Assembly (NCBI GenBank): GCA_963733195.1
Contig: CAVTCR010000012.1
Location: 41,529 to 105,528 of the forward strand
From: an uncultured delta proteobacterium
GTDB lineage: Bacteria > Desulfobacterota > Binatia > Bin18
Direction: 5' to 3'
DNA length: 64,000 nucleotides
A model generated the notes under the pieces. The model was not told where the DNA came from. It made no database searches and was given only the letters and a program-made list of their open reading frames with translations. Positions 1 through 9,529 of the stretch are shown in pieces. Both the position numbers and the translations under genes were made by a program. Numbering within the stretch: the stretch's first letter is position 1; the number at the start of each line of letters is the position of its first letter.

Positions 1-210
1 ACGTTCGTCATCCTCTCGATTCTGAAACTCGTTTTCGGGTCTCTTCGTGTATCAGAAGAAGAAGAGTTTGAGGGTCTTGACCTCTCGCAGCACAGCGAGA
101 ATGCCTACACATTTGGCGCTGGTGGATCGTCATTCGCAGACGCAGGCTCTCTCAAACGCGAACAGGCAGTTCCTATGGGAGCCTTCGCTGAATCAACAAA
201 ATCTGCCTAG
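1..210 (+). CDS. amtB: Ammonium transporter, 3' end (partial)
   Basis: Frame 1 reads ...LRVSEEEEFEGLDLSQHSENAY..., the conserved Amt cytoplasmic C-tail; stop TAG at 208-210. Confidence 0.9.
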   Translation, partial: TFVILSILKLVFGSLRVSEEEEFEGLDLSQHSENAYTFGAGGSSFADAGSLKREQAVPMGAFAESTKSA

Positions 211-241
211 GTCGTAGCGCGAACGATGATGGTCACAGATA

Positions 242-280
242 CAGCGACATACTCGTGTCCCAAACATGAGTATGTCGCTG
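242..280 (+). terminator. Stem-loop after amtB
   Basis: cagcgacatactc...gagtatgtcgctg inverted repeat; no clear U-tract. Confidence 0.5.
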
Positions 281-325
281 CTAGCGACGATCTCCTACTG
301 ACAGCTGATAGCTCAAGATTCTGCC

Positions 326-1516
326 ATGAACGCATTGCACGATCGGCTCGAAGCTCTATTCTCCATCAGTAGTGAAATCTCTTCTACCCTCCAACTTGAA
401 GAAGTCCTCAAACGTGTTGTTGCTCATGCCTGCCGACTCATGGAAGCACGTATCGCTTCACTCCTTCTGATCGATAAAGACGGCGGAGTGCTTCGCCCTG
501 CGGCAACGTACGGAGCAAGTGACGCATATCTCGCTCTTCCAGACCGTGATGTGACCGAAAGTCTGACTGGTGAAGTCATCAAGAGTGGACGTCCCCTCTA
601 TATTCCGGACGTTCGTGCGGAAAGCCAGGTGCGGCTTTCTCAACTGGCCCGTGAGGAGGGCCTGTGTACGCTGCTCTCAGTACCTCTCCGAACTAAAACT
701 GCTATTATCGGCGCACTTAACGTGTACACGGCAGAGTTACGCCACTTTGATGAGAGTGACATTCACCTCTTAGCCTTACTCGCGAGCCAATCTGCCATCG
801 CCATCGAAAATGCGCGGCTACATGCTGAAGAAATGGAAGTGCGTGAGCGGTTACGTCAATCAGAAAAGTTAGCAGCGCTCGGCAAGCTCTCGGCGGGGTT
901 AGCTCACGAACTGCGTAACCCACTGAATACAGTTAGTATGCTTATGTATGCGATGGCTCAGGAACTGCCTGCGGATGGCTCATGTGGTGCAGACCTCCGT
1001 GTCGTACAAGGCGAGTTGCGGCGCATGTCGCTGCTGATTGAACAGTTTCTCGAATTTGCCCGCCCACAACCGCCCCATTTCCAACGGGATCGTCTCGACG
1101 AGATCATGGAGGAAACGCTACTCCTCATTGGCCCCGAAGCACGGACACGCGGGGTCACGATTCACAAAGAGTGGGAAAAAGTCTTACCTCCGGTCTGGGT
1201 CGATGGGGCACAAATCAAGCAGGTTTTCCTCAATCTTCTACTGAATGCTCTGCAGGCGATGTCAAAGGGAGGGACCTTGACCGTGCGACTACACGTCAGT
1301 GGCGGCAGTCTCCTGGCCTCGATCACCGACGAAGGAGAGGGCATTCCGCCCGAGGTGCGTGCAAATCTGTTCGAGCCATTTTTTACCACTAAAGCTGGAG
1401 GTACCGGTCTCGGACTGTCGATCTCGCAACGCATCGTTGAAGGGCATAACGGCCGGCTGCGGCTATTCTCACAACCAGACGTGGGAACCACAGCAGTGGT
1501 GCGGCTTCCTTTATAA
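326..1516 (+). CDS. Cytoplasmic GAF-domain sensor histidine kinase (NtrB-like kinase core)
   Basis: N-terminal GAF; H-box AHELRNPL, N-box NLLLNA, G-boxes DEGEG/GTGLGL; no TM segment. Confidence 0.9.
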   Translation: MNALHDRLEALFSISSEISSTLQLEEVLKRVVAHACRLMEARIASLLLIDKDGGVLRPAATYGASDAYLALPDRDVTESLTGEVIKSGRPLYIPDVRAESQVRLSQLAREEGLCTLLSVPLRTKTAIIGALNVYTAELRHFDESDIHLLALLASQSAIAIENARLHAEEMEVRERLRQSEKLAALGKLSAGLAHELRNPLNTVSMLMYAMAQELPADGSCGADLRVVQGELRRMSLLIEQFLEFARPQPPHFQRDRLDEIMEETLLLIGPEARTRGVTIHKEWEKVLPPVWVDGAQIKQVFLNLLLNALQAMSKGGTLTVRLHVSGGSLLASITDEGEGIPPEVRANLFEPFFTTKAGGTGLGLSISQRIVEGHNGRLRLFSQPDVGTTAVVRLPL

Positions 1517-1517
1517 G

Positions 1518-1634
1518 AAAGGGGAAAAGGGTCAACGGCGAAATGGGGAAATGACAAAAAAGGAAAATCAGAATCAGATTGATGAAGTACCTTAACATAT
1601 TTACCCATTTTCCCTTTGCCCCCTTTCCCCTTTT
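1518..1634. repeat. Inverted pair of degenerate 8-mer tandem repeats
   Basis: aaggggaa aagggtca acggcgaa atggggaa ... tacccatt ttcccttt gccccctt tccccttt. Confidence 0.7.
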
Positions 1635-1647
1635 GTCTTAAAAACGT

Positions 1648-3042
1648 ATGGAGAAAATTCTCGTCGTCGACGACGAACGCAATGTCCATTACTCGTTTCG
1701 CCGAGTGCTGGGAAACGATTATGAGATCGTCTCTGCATTCTCAGGGAGAGAGGCTACCCAGCATTTGCTCGACGAGGCTCTCCAGCTTGTGCTGTTAGAC
1801 GTACGCATGCCCGGGGAAAGCGGACTTGATACACTCCAGGAAATCAAACGCCTGCGACCAGAACTGCCGGTGATCATGATGACCGCCTTTGCGTCGGCGG
1901 AAACTGCGATTCGTTCAACGACATTCGACGCCGAAGATTACCTCATCAAACCGCTTGATGTTGATAATCTGAAGCACGTGATCGCCACTACTTTGCAGCG
2001 GCGACGACCTCAGCCTACTGTCCCACCATCCTCGCTCGAAATGCCAGTATCCGGTGCCGTCCCTATGCTCGGTCATAGTCGCGCCATGCAGGAGGTCTAT
2101 AAAATTATTGGTAAAAGTGCCGCGCGTGATGTGACCGTCCTGATTACAGGAGAAAGTGGAACCGGCAAGGAACTCATTGCTCGGGCTTTACATGCATACT
2201 CTGATCGGTCGCAAGGGCCGTTTCTCGCCATCAACTGTGCAGCTATTCCCGACACACTGCTGGAAAGCGAGCTTTTTGGTTACGAGCGAGGGGCATTTTC
2301 TGGAGCAGTCGAAGCCCGTCCAGGAAAGTTTGAGATCGCACAGGGAGGTACGCTGTTTCTTGACGAGATCGGTGACATGCCCATCCTCTTGCAAGCGAAG
2401 TTACTCCGGGTCTTGCAAGAACGTGAGTTATACCGGCTCGGTGCCCGTGAATCGCGAAGGGTTGATGTGCGCATTATCGCGGCGACGAACCAAGAACCAG
2501 AGGGCTTGATTCGTGACGGTCGCTTTCGTGAGGACCTGTATTATCGGCTCAACGTGGTGCGCATTTCCCTGCCCCCACTACGCGAGCGCGGAGAGGACAT
2601 TTCCTTACTCGCCGATTATTTTCTTGAGAAACATCATCAAAGCAATCCTCAAGGACCACGTGGATTCTCGGAGGATGCGCGTCAACAACTGCTTGCCTAC
2701 TCGTGGCCAGGAAACGTCCGAGAGCTAGAAAACGTCATTGCCCAAGCAGTGATGAATGCCCGTAGCGGAGTCATCACGTCTGAGGATCTCACCCTCAACG
2801 GCGACCTCCTCCAAGGCGAGAGTCACTCGGCAGAACCTGTCAGTCCATCAGCCGTAACACTTGATACGATCTTTGACCAGGAGGCAGGGAACGTATTTGC
2901 TGCCACCGAACGCTTGCTGATCACCAAAGCCCTCGAACGCACCCGGCAGAATCAAGTGCAAGCTGCACGCCTCTTGGGTGTCAGTCGCAATGTCCTCCGT
3001 GATCGCATGAAGCGATATCAGTTGTTTGACGTTGGCCCGTAG
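1648..3042 (+). CDS. Sigma54-dependent response regulator (REC-AAA+-Fis HTH, NtrC family)
   Basis: REC (LVVDDE, LDVRMP), Walker A GESGTGKE, GAFSGA loop, FLDEIGD, WPGNVRELEN, C-terminal HTH. Confidence 0.95.
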   Translation: MEKILVVDDERNVHYSFRRVLGNDYEIVSAFSGREATQHLLDEALQLVLLDVRMPGESGLDTLQEIKRLRPELPVIMMTAFASAETAIRSTTFDAEDYLIKPLDVDNLKHVIATTLQRRRPQPTVPPSSLEMPVSGAVPMLGHSRAMQEVYKIIGKSAARDVTVLITGESGTGKELIARALHAYSDRSQGPFLAINCAAIPDTLLESELFGYERGAFSGAVEARPGKFEIAQGGTLFLDEIGDMPILLQAKLLRVLQERELYRLGARESRRVDVRIIAATNQEPEGLIRDGRFREDLYYRLNVVRISLPPLRERGEDISLLADYFLEKHHQSNPQGPRGFSEDARQQLLAYSWPGNVRELENVIAQAVMNARSGVITSEDLTLNGDLLQGESHSAEPVSPSAVTLDTIFDQEAGNVFAATERLLITKALERTRQNQVQAARLLGVSRNVLRDRMKRYQLFDVGP

Positions 3043-3067
3043 AGATGCCTAGGCGGGGTATCTCTAC
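3039..3067. repeat. GTAG-type REP-like palindrome supplying the regulator's stop codon
   Basis: gtagagatgcc...ggtatctctac; its TAG (3040-3042) is the ORF stop. Confidence 0.65.
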
Positions 3068-3225
3068 CTCATCCCAGAGTCAGTTGCTTCCCCAGCAACA
3101 CCTGTTGGCTTCTCTGCCTTTGCCTTAACCAATCTCCACCCCTCACCACTCCCTTCATAATTGAGTAACGAACGCTTCCTCTGTTTTTCTCCTGAATTAT
3201 CCTTCTCCTTCATTGGTCAATATCA

Positions 3226-3242
3226 TCGGCACATCTCTTGCT
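3226..3242 (+). promoter_or_regulatory. Sigma54 -24/-12 promoter of nrt operon
   Basis: tcGGcacatctcttGCt: GG-N10-GC with GGCAC and TTGC core, about 70 bp upstream of nrtA. Confidence 0.85.
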
Positions 3243-3312
3243 CTCTCAGAACTGATCGCCACCATTCATAAACTAGGGGCTGGTTCACAAGAGAAGGAGG
3301 CTGTTGTTGCGC

Positions 3313-4581
3313 ATGAAAAAACCGAAGACGCAATCACTGTCGCGTCGTCAGTTTCTACACGTCTCAGGCATGACAGCATTGCTCGCCGGTCTGCCGACAA
3401 CATGGGCCGGTCGCGTTTTTGCGTCCGATGCTCCCGAAACACCACAGATCCGCATCGGCATTATTGCACTCACTGACTGTTCATCAATTGTGATGGCCTA
3501 TGAAAAAGGCTTCTTCAAACAACACGGTCTCGATGTCACGGTATCGAAAGAGGCCTCATGGGCAGTGATTCGTGACAAACTTCAGCTTGGGGAAAATCAT
3601 GCGACTCACATGCTGTACGGCATGCCGTACGCCTCAACCATGGGGCTCTTTGGTGCACCAGTCAAGCCGATGATCATCCCATGGGCAATCAACTACAACG
3701 GCCAAGCCATCACCCTCAGTAAAGACTTGAAAGAAAAAGGCGTTCGCACTGCCGGTGATCTCAAGAAGTTGCTGGATGAAGAAAAAAGTGCGGGGAAAGA
3801 GCCTCGTACCTTCGCTATGACCTTTCCCCCAGGTACCCACGCCATGTGGATTCGCTATTGGCTCGGGTCTGGTGGGATCAATCCCGATAAGGACGTTTCG
3901 TTGATTACTATCCCTCCTCCACAAATGGTCGCCAATATGAAGGTGGGCAAGATGGACGGGTTCTGTGTGGGTGAACCGTGGAATGCGCGTGCTATCGCCG
4001 ATGGGATTGGGTTTACAGCGACGACCACACAGGCGATTTGGCTGAATCATCCTGAGAAAGTGTGTGCATTTACCGCCGAGTTTGCCGAAAAGAACCCCAG
4101 AACCGTCAAAGCCGTACTGAAAGGGCTCCATCAAGCCAGTGAATTCATTGACAAACTGGAGAATCGGCCCGAAGTTGCAGAAATCGTCTCTCGTCCTGCG
4201 TATATCAACTGTCCCAAAGAAATTATCCTCGGTCGTCTGCTGGGGAAGTATGACCACGGCGACGGTACAGGTGAGCACGAGGATAAAGACTACATGCGTT
4301 TCTTCGAGCGCGGTGTCAATTTTCCGTGGAAATCACATGGAGTGTGGTGGCTGAGTCAGTTTCGCCGCTGGGGCATGGTAAAAGGCACGCCTGATTACAA
4401 AGGCATCGTCGATAAAGTGCACCGCCCGGACATCTACCGGGAGATGGCCAAAGAGATGAGTATTGAAGCATCAGCCGAAGATTTGAAGTCGGAAAAACTC
4501 TTCGACGGCATCGCTTTCGATCCTTCCAAACCGGACGAATACGCTAAGGCGTTTACAGTGAAGAACAGTATGGAAGCGTGA
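3313..4581 (+). CDS. nrtA: Nitrate/nitrite ABC transporter substrate-binding protein (NrtA/CmpA family), Tat-exported
   Basis: Tat motif SRRQFL; IGIIALTDC, FAMTFPPGTHAMW, PPPQMVANM, FCVGEPW motifs. Confidence 0.92.
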   Translation: MKKPKTQSLSRRQFLHVSGMTALLAGLPTTWAGRVFASDAPETPQIRIGIIALTDCSSIVMAYEKGFFKQHGLDVTVSKEASWAVIRDKLQLGENHATHMLYGMPYASTMGLFGAPVKPMIIPWAINYNGQAITLSKDLKEKGVRTAGDLKKLLDEEKSAGKEPRTFAMTFPPGTHAMWIRYWLGSGGINPDKDVSLITIPPPQMVANMKVGKMDGFCVGEPWNARAIADGIGFTATTTQAIWLNHPEKVCAFTAEFAEKNPRTVKAVLKGLHQASEFIDKLENRPEVAEIVSRPAYINCPKEIILGRLLGKYDHGDGTGEHEDKDYMRFFERGVNFPWKSHGVWWLSQFRRWGMVKGTPDYKGIVDKVHRPDIYREMAKEMSIEASAEDLKSEKLFDGIAFDPSKPDEYAKAFTVKNSMEA

Positions 4582-4645
4582 GAAAAAGTAAGTCAGGTAG
4601 TCAGCATTCAGTAGACAGTAGAAAAACTCGGAAAAGTGAAAAGGA

Positions 4646-5428
4646 ATGACAGAGATGACACACGGACAACGATTAAAGGCATTGGGGTTTCCTCTCATCG
4701 GGATCGCCTGTGTGGTAGCATTGTGGTCGCTGCTCAGCGCTACTGTCGCGCCCGATCTTCCCTCGCCATTGCGAAGTTGGGACGAGTCCAAGCGTTATAT
4801 TCTGGACCCATTCTTCAAAGAAGGGGAAATGAATCAAGGAATTGGGAGGCTCGCCTATTACAGTCTCATCCGCGTCGCTCAAGGCTATTTCCTTGCGATT
4901 TTGATCGGGACTCCACTTGGATTTCTTCTTGGGCTGTCTCGCAATTTTACCCAGGCGTTTGATCCCCTCATCCAGATTCTCCGTCCGATTTCTCCGCTGG
5001 CATGGCTGCCACTCGGACTGATTCTCTTCCAACGCTCAGAACCCGCAGCGCTGTTCACCATCGCAGTCTGTGCCATGTGGCCGACGGTTATTAACACTGC
5101 CGTCGGTGTCCGCAATATCAATCAGGACTACTTGAACGTCGGGCGTGTGCTACGGCTCTCACGTTGGCAGATGCTTACCAAGATCATTATACCTGCCACA
5201 GTTCCCTATCTCTTCACCGGTTATCGATTGAGCCTCGGTATCGCCTGGTTAGTGATCGTTGCCGCAGAAATGCTTACCGGGGCGGTTGGTGTCGGGGGTT
5301 TCCTCTGGCAGGAGTACAACAGCCTTGTCTACTCCCACATTATTCTCGCCATCGTCACAATTGGTTTAATCGGCTACATCCTCGATCGGCTGATGGCGAT
5401 GGCCGAACTACGGTTCCAACGGGCATAA
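4646..5428 (+). CDS. nrtB: Nitrate ABC transporter permease
   Basis: LRPISPLAWLP, WPTVINTAVG, WLVIVAAEML motifs; multiple TM helices. Confidence 0.92.
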   Translation: MTEMTHGQRLKALGFPLIGIACVVALWSLLSATVAPDLPSPLRSWDESKRYILDPFFKEGEMNQGIGRLAYYSLIRVAQGYFLAILIGTPLGFLLGLSRNFTQAFDPLIQILRPISPLAWLPLGLILFQRSEPAALFTIAVCAMWPTVINTAVGVRNINQDYLNVGRVLRLSRWQMLTKIIIPATVPYLFTGYRLSLGIAWLVIVAAEMLTGAVGVGGFLWQEYNSLVYSHIILAIVTIGLIGYILDRLMAMAELRFQRA

Positions 5429-5433
5429 GAGAC

Positions 5434-6288
5434 ATGAATTTACTTGAACTCAAAAATGTTGAGAAAAGTTTTCCTGGGCGTGAAGTTCCTGTCCTCGTAG
5501 ATATCAACCTCAACATCCCGGAAGGACAGTTTACTGCAATTGTCGGATGCTCAGGCGCCGGAAAAACAACCCTAGTCTCGTTGATCGCGGGACTGACCAC
5601 TCCCGACCATGGCAAGGTGATCTTCGATGGCCAACCGTCACGCGAGCCGGGGCCAGAACGCGCCATCGTCTTTCAGAATTACTCATTATTACCCTGGTTC
5701 ACCGTCCTGGAGAACGTCGCTTTGGCCGTCAGCGCTGCTTCTCCTCGTTTAGGGAAGAAAGAAGTCACTGAACAAGCGCAGTATTTTGTTGACCTGGTCA
5801 AGCTCTCTGCCGCAATGAGCAAGCGGCCACGAGAACTGTCTGGCGGCATGCGGCAACGCGTTGCGCTCGCCCGCGCTCTGGCAATGGAACCACGCATGCT
5901 GCTGCTTGATGAACCACTCAGCGCACTCGACGCGCTGACACGCGCGACGTTGCAGGATGAGTTAGCCCGGATCTGCGGGGAAGCAAAGACTACCGTCATC
6001 ATGGTCACCAATGACATCGATGAGGCCATCTTACTTGCCGATTGTGTCTATCCGTTAACTCGCGGGCCACGCGCAACCCTGGGTCACGCGATTCCTGTTG
6101 CCTTGCCACGGCCACGCACCCGTACTGGACTCAGTCTCAATCCTGAATATCAACGAGCCCGTCGGGAAATCATTCGCTCGCTGGAAGGAACAAAAGAATA
6201 CGTGGCGCCGGCTGATGCCAAGCACGAACAAACGCATCCTCTCATGGCCAGCGCCCAACCCCTCACCCCTGACCCGCAAATTCTATGA
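5434..6288 (+). CDS. nrtC: Nitrate ABC transporter ATP-binding subunit
   Basis: Walker A GCSGAGKTT, VFQNYSLLPW, LSGGMRQR, LLLDEP; start taken at ATG 5434 after nrtB stop. Confidence 0.88.
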   Translation: MNLLELKNVEKSFPGREVPVLVDINLNIPEGQFTAIVGCSGAGKTTLVSLIAGLTTPDHGKVIFDGQPSREPGPERAIVFQNYSLLPWFTVLENVALAVSAASPRLGKKEVTEQAQYFVDLVKLSAAMSKRPRELSGGMRQRVALARALAMEPRMLLLDEPLSALDALTRATLQDELARICGEAKTTVIMVTNDIDEAILLADCVYPLTRGPRATLGHAIPVALPRPRTRTGLSLNPEYQRARREIIRSLEGTKEYVAPADAKHEQTHPLMASAQPLTPDPQIL

Positions 6289-7175
6289 GCACCGTAATGA
6301 TCGATATTTGGCAGCTCCGCAAAGTCTACGACACGCCAACCGGTCCTGCAGTAATTGTTGATGACTTCACCCTCAAAGCCAAGGAAGGTGAGTTCATCTG
6401 TGTTATTGGTCACTCTGGGTGTGGCAAATCGACGGTCCTGTCGATTGTGATGGGTCTCAACGAACCGACCTCTGGCAACGTCATCGTCGCTGGGAAAGAA
6501 GTGACTGGTCCTGGCCGAGATCGTGGTGTCGTTTTCCAATCTGCCGCCCTGCTTCCCTGGATGACGGTTCGAGATAATTTGTTGTTAGCCATCGACCAAG
6601 AAAGTACCCACGCAACAAAGAAAGAACGCGAGCAGCTTGCCGACCGGTATCTGACGCAAGTCGGGCTCGAAGGACAAGGGGAGCGGATGCCTGAAGAACT
6701 GTCTGCAGGGATGCGACAACGAGTAGGGATTGCGCGTGCCTTTGCCGTAGAACCGCGCGTGTTGTTGCTTGATGAGCCGTTTAGTTTACTTGATGCCTTT
6801 ACTCGCATGGAGTTGCAGGATCAACTCATTGACCTATGGGAGCGTACTCGCAAAACCGTGATGATGGTCACCCATGATGTTGATGAAGCGTTGCTGCTCG
6901 CTGATCGTATTGTGATGATGACAACTGGCCCTGCGGCTCGCATCGGTGGCATTCTTGAAGTGCCACTGCCACGTCCACGCAAACGCGACCGTCTCCTCGA
7001 AGATCCAGCGTATTATCCCGCCCGCGATCAGCTCCTGACTTTTCTCGAGACTGGTGTTCCTCCAGCGCCACCTACGGACAGAAAGGATGCTAAGGATGAA
7101 GTCTCCCAGGTATCTCCTGCTCTCACTGGCCGCACTGTTCGCGACAGTCGTCTCTCCGCACCATGTCAAAGCTGA
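6285..7175 (+). CDS. nrtD: Nitrate ABC transporter ATP-binding subunit
   Basis: GHSGCGKST, LSAGMRQR, LLLDEPF, VTHDVDEA. Confidence 0.88.
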   Translation: MSTVMIDIWQLRKVYDTPTGPAVIVDDFTLKAKEGEFICVIGHSGCGKSTVLSIVMGLNEPTSGNVIVAGKEVTGPGRDRGVVFQSAALLPWMTVRDNLLLAIDQESTHATKKEREQLADRYLTQVGLEGQGERMPEELSAGMRQRVGIARAFAVEPRVLLLDEPFSLLDAFTRMELQDQLIDLWERTRKTVMMVTHDVDEALLLADRIVMMTTGPAARIGGILEVPLPRPRKRDRLLEDPAYYPARDQLLTFLETGVPPAPPTDRKDAKDEVSQVSPALTGRTVRDSRLSAPCQS

Positions 7176-8574
7176 AGTCGCACTGCCTTCAATCTCACCA
7201 AAACTCTCTGTCAGTGGCAGTCTCCGCATCCGAACCGAGGTGTGGAACTGGTTCGATCCTAGAGGATCTTTTGACGACGGGTATGTTTTTTCCGCTTTTC
7301 TCGGGCGCGGCGCCCTGCAATGGAAAGACGACAGCTTCGACGTGATGGTCGAAGCCCAGAGTTCCTCGCTGCTGGGCTTGCCGACAAGAGCAAGTGCACC
7401 GGCACCACAGGGACTCTTGGGTCTCGGCGCGGTGTACTACGCGCATAATCGGAGTGAGGATGATTCGCATTTTTTTCTTAAGCAAGGCTTCGTTCTCTTC
7501 AAAAATTTGGGCCTGGAAGGATTTACGCTGAAAGGCGGACGTTTCGAGTTTTCCGAAGGAAACGAAATCCTGACTAAAGAACCGACGTTGGATTGGTTAA
7601 AAAATATCCGACTTTCACAACGTCTGATCGGTCCGTTTGGTTGGTCACATGTTGGTCGTTCGTTCGATGGTGGTGTTGCCAGTCTCACCAACGGACCTTT
7701 GAATCTCACAGTGATGGCGTCTCATCCAACACAAGGCGGGTTTGATTTGCAAGGTATGAAAGAGATGGACGAAATCGATTTGCTCTACACCTCGTTCAAT
7801 ATTACTCGCCCATCGTTTGCCGAGAATAGCGACGCCCGTTTCTTTTATATCTATTACAAAGACGACCGTGGGTTGTTGAAATCGGACAATCGGCCACCGG
7901 CAGTGCGCCAGGCAGATACCCGCCATATCGATGTACATACCGAAGGCGGCCACATCATTTCCGTGTTCCCAACCAGTGCTGGACCAATTGATGTACTGGC
8001 GTGGGGAGCATTGCAACAAGGTGATTGGGGAACGCTCGACCACAATGCCTGGGCATGGGATCTGGAAGTTGGGTGGCAACCGAGCATGCTGCCATGGAAG
8101 CCGTGGCTGCGTATTGGTTATGGTCGCTCATCGGGAGATGACAGCCCAGGTGACGGAGACCACGGCACGTTCTTCCAACTTCTTCCCACTGCTCGCGTTT
8201 ACTCTTTCTCCACGTTCTATAACTTGATGAATAATGAAGATGGCTTTGTGCAACTGATTCTTCGTCCTATCCCTGGTCTCGTTTCCCGCACGGATTTTCA
8301 CAATATTCGCGTCACCGAGGCTCGTGACCTGTGGTACCAAGGCGCAGGTGCGACGCTCTCTGATCGCAACGTCGGGTTTGGTTTTCCTGGCCGTCCAGCT
8401 TTCGGCAAACGCAATTTATTTCAAGTGATCGAGACCTCACTCAGTTATGATCTGAACAAATTTATCAATCTCAATGTCTACTACGGTCACATCTTCGGTG
8501 GAGGTATTGTCCGTTCGATTTTCGCCGGCGATCAGGCTGATTTCGGCTATGTAGAAGTGCTGTTCAAGCTGTGA
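7096..8574 (+). CDS. Outer-membrane beta-barrel, alginate-export (AlgE-like) family; probable nitrate porin
   Basis: Signal peptide, SGSLRIRTE start strand, RLIG...GRSFDG, SSGDDSPGDG..TFFQLLPT motifs, C-terminal beta strand; operonic with nrt. Confidence 0.75.
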   Translation: MKSPRYLLLSLAALFATVVSPHHVKAEVALPSISPKLSVSGSLRIRTEVWNWFDPRGSFDDGYVFSAFLGRGALQWKDDSFDVMVEAQSSSLLGLPTRASAPAPQGLLGLGAVYYAHNRSEDDSHFFLKQGFVLFKNLGLEGFTLKGGRFEFSEGNEILTKEPTLDWLKNIRLSQRLIGPFGWSHVGRSFDGGVASLTNGPLNLTVMASHPTQGGFDLQGMKEMDEIDLLYTSFNITRPSFAENSDARFFYIYYKDDRGLLKSDNRPPAVRQADTRHIDVHTEGGHIISVFPTSAGPIDVLAWGALQQGDWGTLDHNAWAWDLEVGWQPSMLPWKPWLRIGYGRSSGDDSPGDGDHGTFFQLLPTARVYSFSTFYNLMNNEDGFVQLILRPIPGLVSRTDFHNIRVTEARDLWYQGAGATLSDRNVGFGFPGRPAFGKRNLFQVIETSLSYDLNKFINLNVYYGHIFGGGIVRSIFAGDQADFGYVEVLFKL

Positions 8575-8667
8575 GGCCGAGGAACGGTTTCTTCGCATCC
8601 CTCAGCTCTGCCTTGCTCCATCTACGCTCCTTTTCCTAATCCAAAAATTCTTACTCTCCGCAACTGG

Positions 8668-8695
8668 TTGACACCCAGCCTGCCAGGGGTACCAT
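8668..8695 (+). promoter_or_regulatory. Sigma70-like promoter of bfr
   Basis: TTGACA-16 bp-TACCAT, 50 bp upstream of ATG. Confidence 0.55.
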
Positions 8696-8745
8696 GTCAG
8701 GTACTGGTAGCGATCTGCCAACCAACCAGCAGAGGAGGATGAGCC

Positions 8746-9220
8746 ATGAATGGATCACGAGAAGTGATGAAAATGCTCAATGAATTACTCCAAGGAGAAC
8801 TGGCAGCTATCAACCAATATTTTTTGCATGCTTCCCTATGTAAGAAATGGGGGTATCTGCGTCTTTACAAGAAGATTTATGATGAATCCATCGAGGAGAT
8901 GAAGCATGCCGAACAGTTGATCGATCGCATTCTCTTCCTTGACGGGCGCACCAACCGTGAAAGATTCGTTAAAAATTACGATTGGGAAAAACGTAAAAGA
9001 GATTCTTGAGAATGATTTAGCATTAGAGAAAGAGGGATTACCTGAATTGCGAAAAGCGGTTGCGCTGTGCCTTGAGCACGCTGACACCGGAACACGAGAA
9101 CTTATCGAACATATTCTCGTCAGTGCGGAAGAGCATATCCAGTGGCTTGAGTCGCAAACATTTTTGATACAGCAAGTCGGCTACGAGAATTACTGCGCTC
9201 AGCACATCCAACCGGCTTGA
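8746..9220 (+). CDS. bfr: Bacterioferritin (one extra base at ~8945, likely assembly error)
   Basis: ELAAINQYFLH, ESIEEMKHAE (heme Met and ferroxidase Glu/His), continuing in the other frame as GAP...EEHIQWLE. Confidence 0.9.
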
Positions 9221-9376
9221 GATGTAGGCGCGTGCTACGCACGCCTTATACTTACTCGTTCTTCTTTGCCTGAAATTTCACCTCTCAACTGTTTCTCCAA
9301 CAACATCTTTCAATCCCACTGTAATCGGCAAGGTAAAAATCCCCTGACTTTTCCATACGAATCCGGCTCTAAGGCA

Positions 9377-9393
9377 ATGGCATAGTTCCTGCT
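9377..9393 (+). promoter_or_regulatory. Sigma54 -24/-12 promoter of nir/nas operon
   Basis: aTGGCATAGTTCCTGCT, GG-N10-GC. Confidence 0.85.
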
Positions 9394-9529
9394 CGATAGG
9401 GCTCAGAGCGTACAATGCGCTGATGCCCAAAGGGAGGAAATCCCCTCAATACTCCTCCCATTGTTCAGGAGACGGTGTTCCCTCCACCGTCTCCTGCCCT
9501 CCTGAAAGGAGGAAAAGGAGCCGTAGGTA

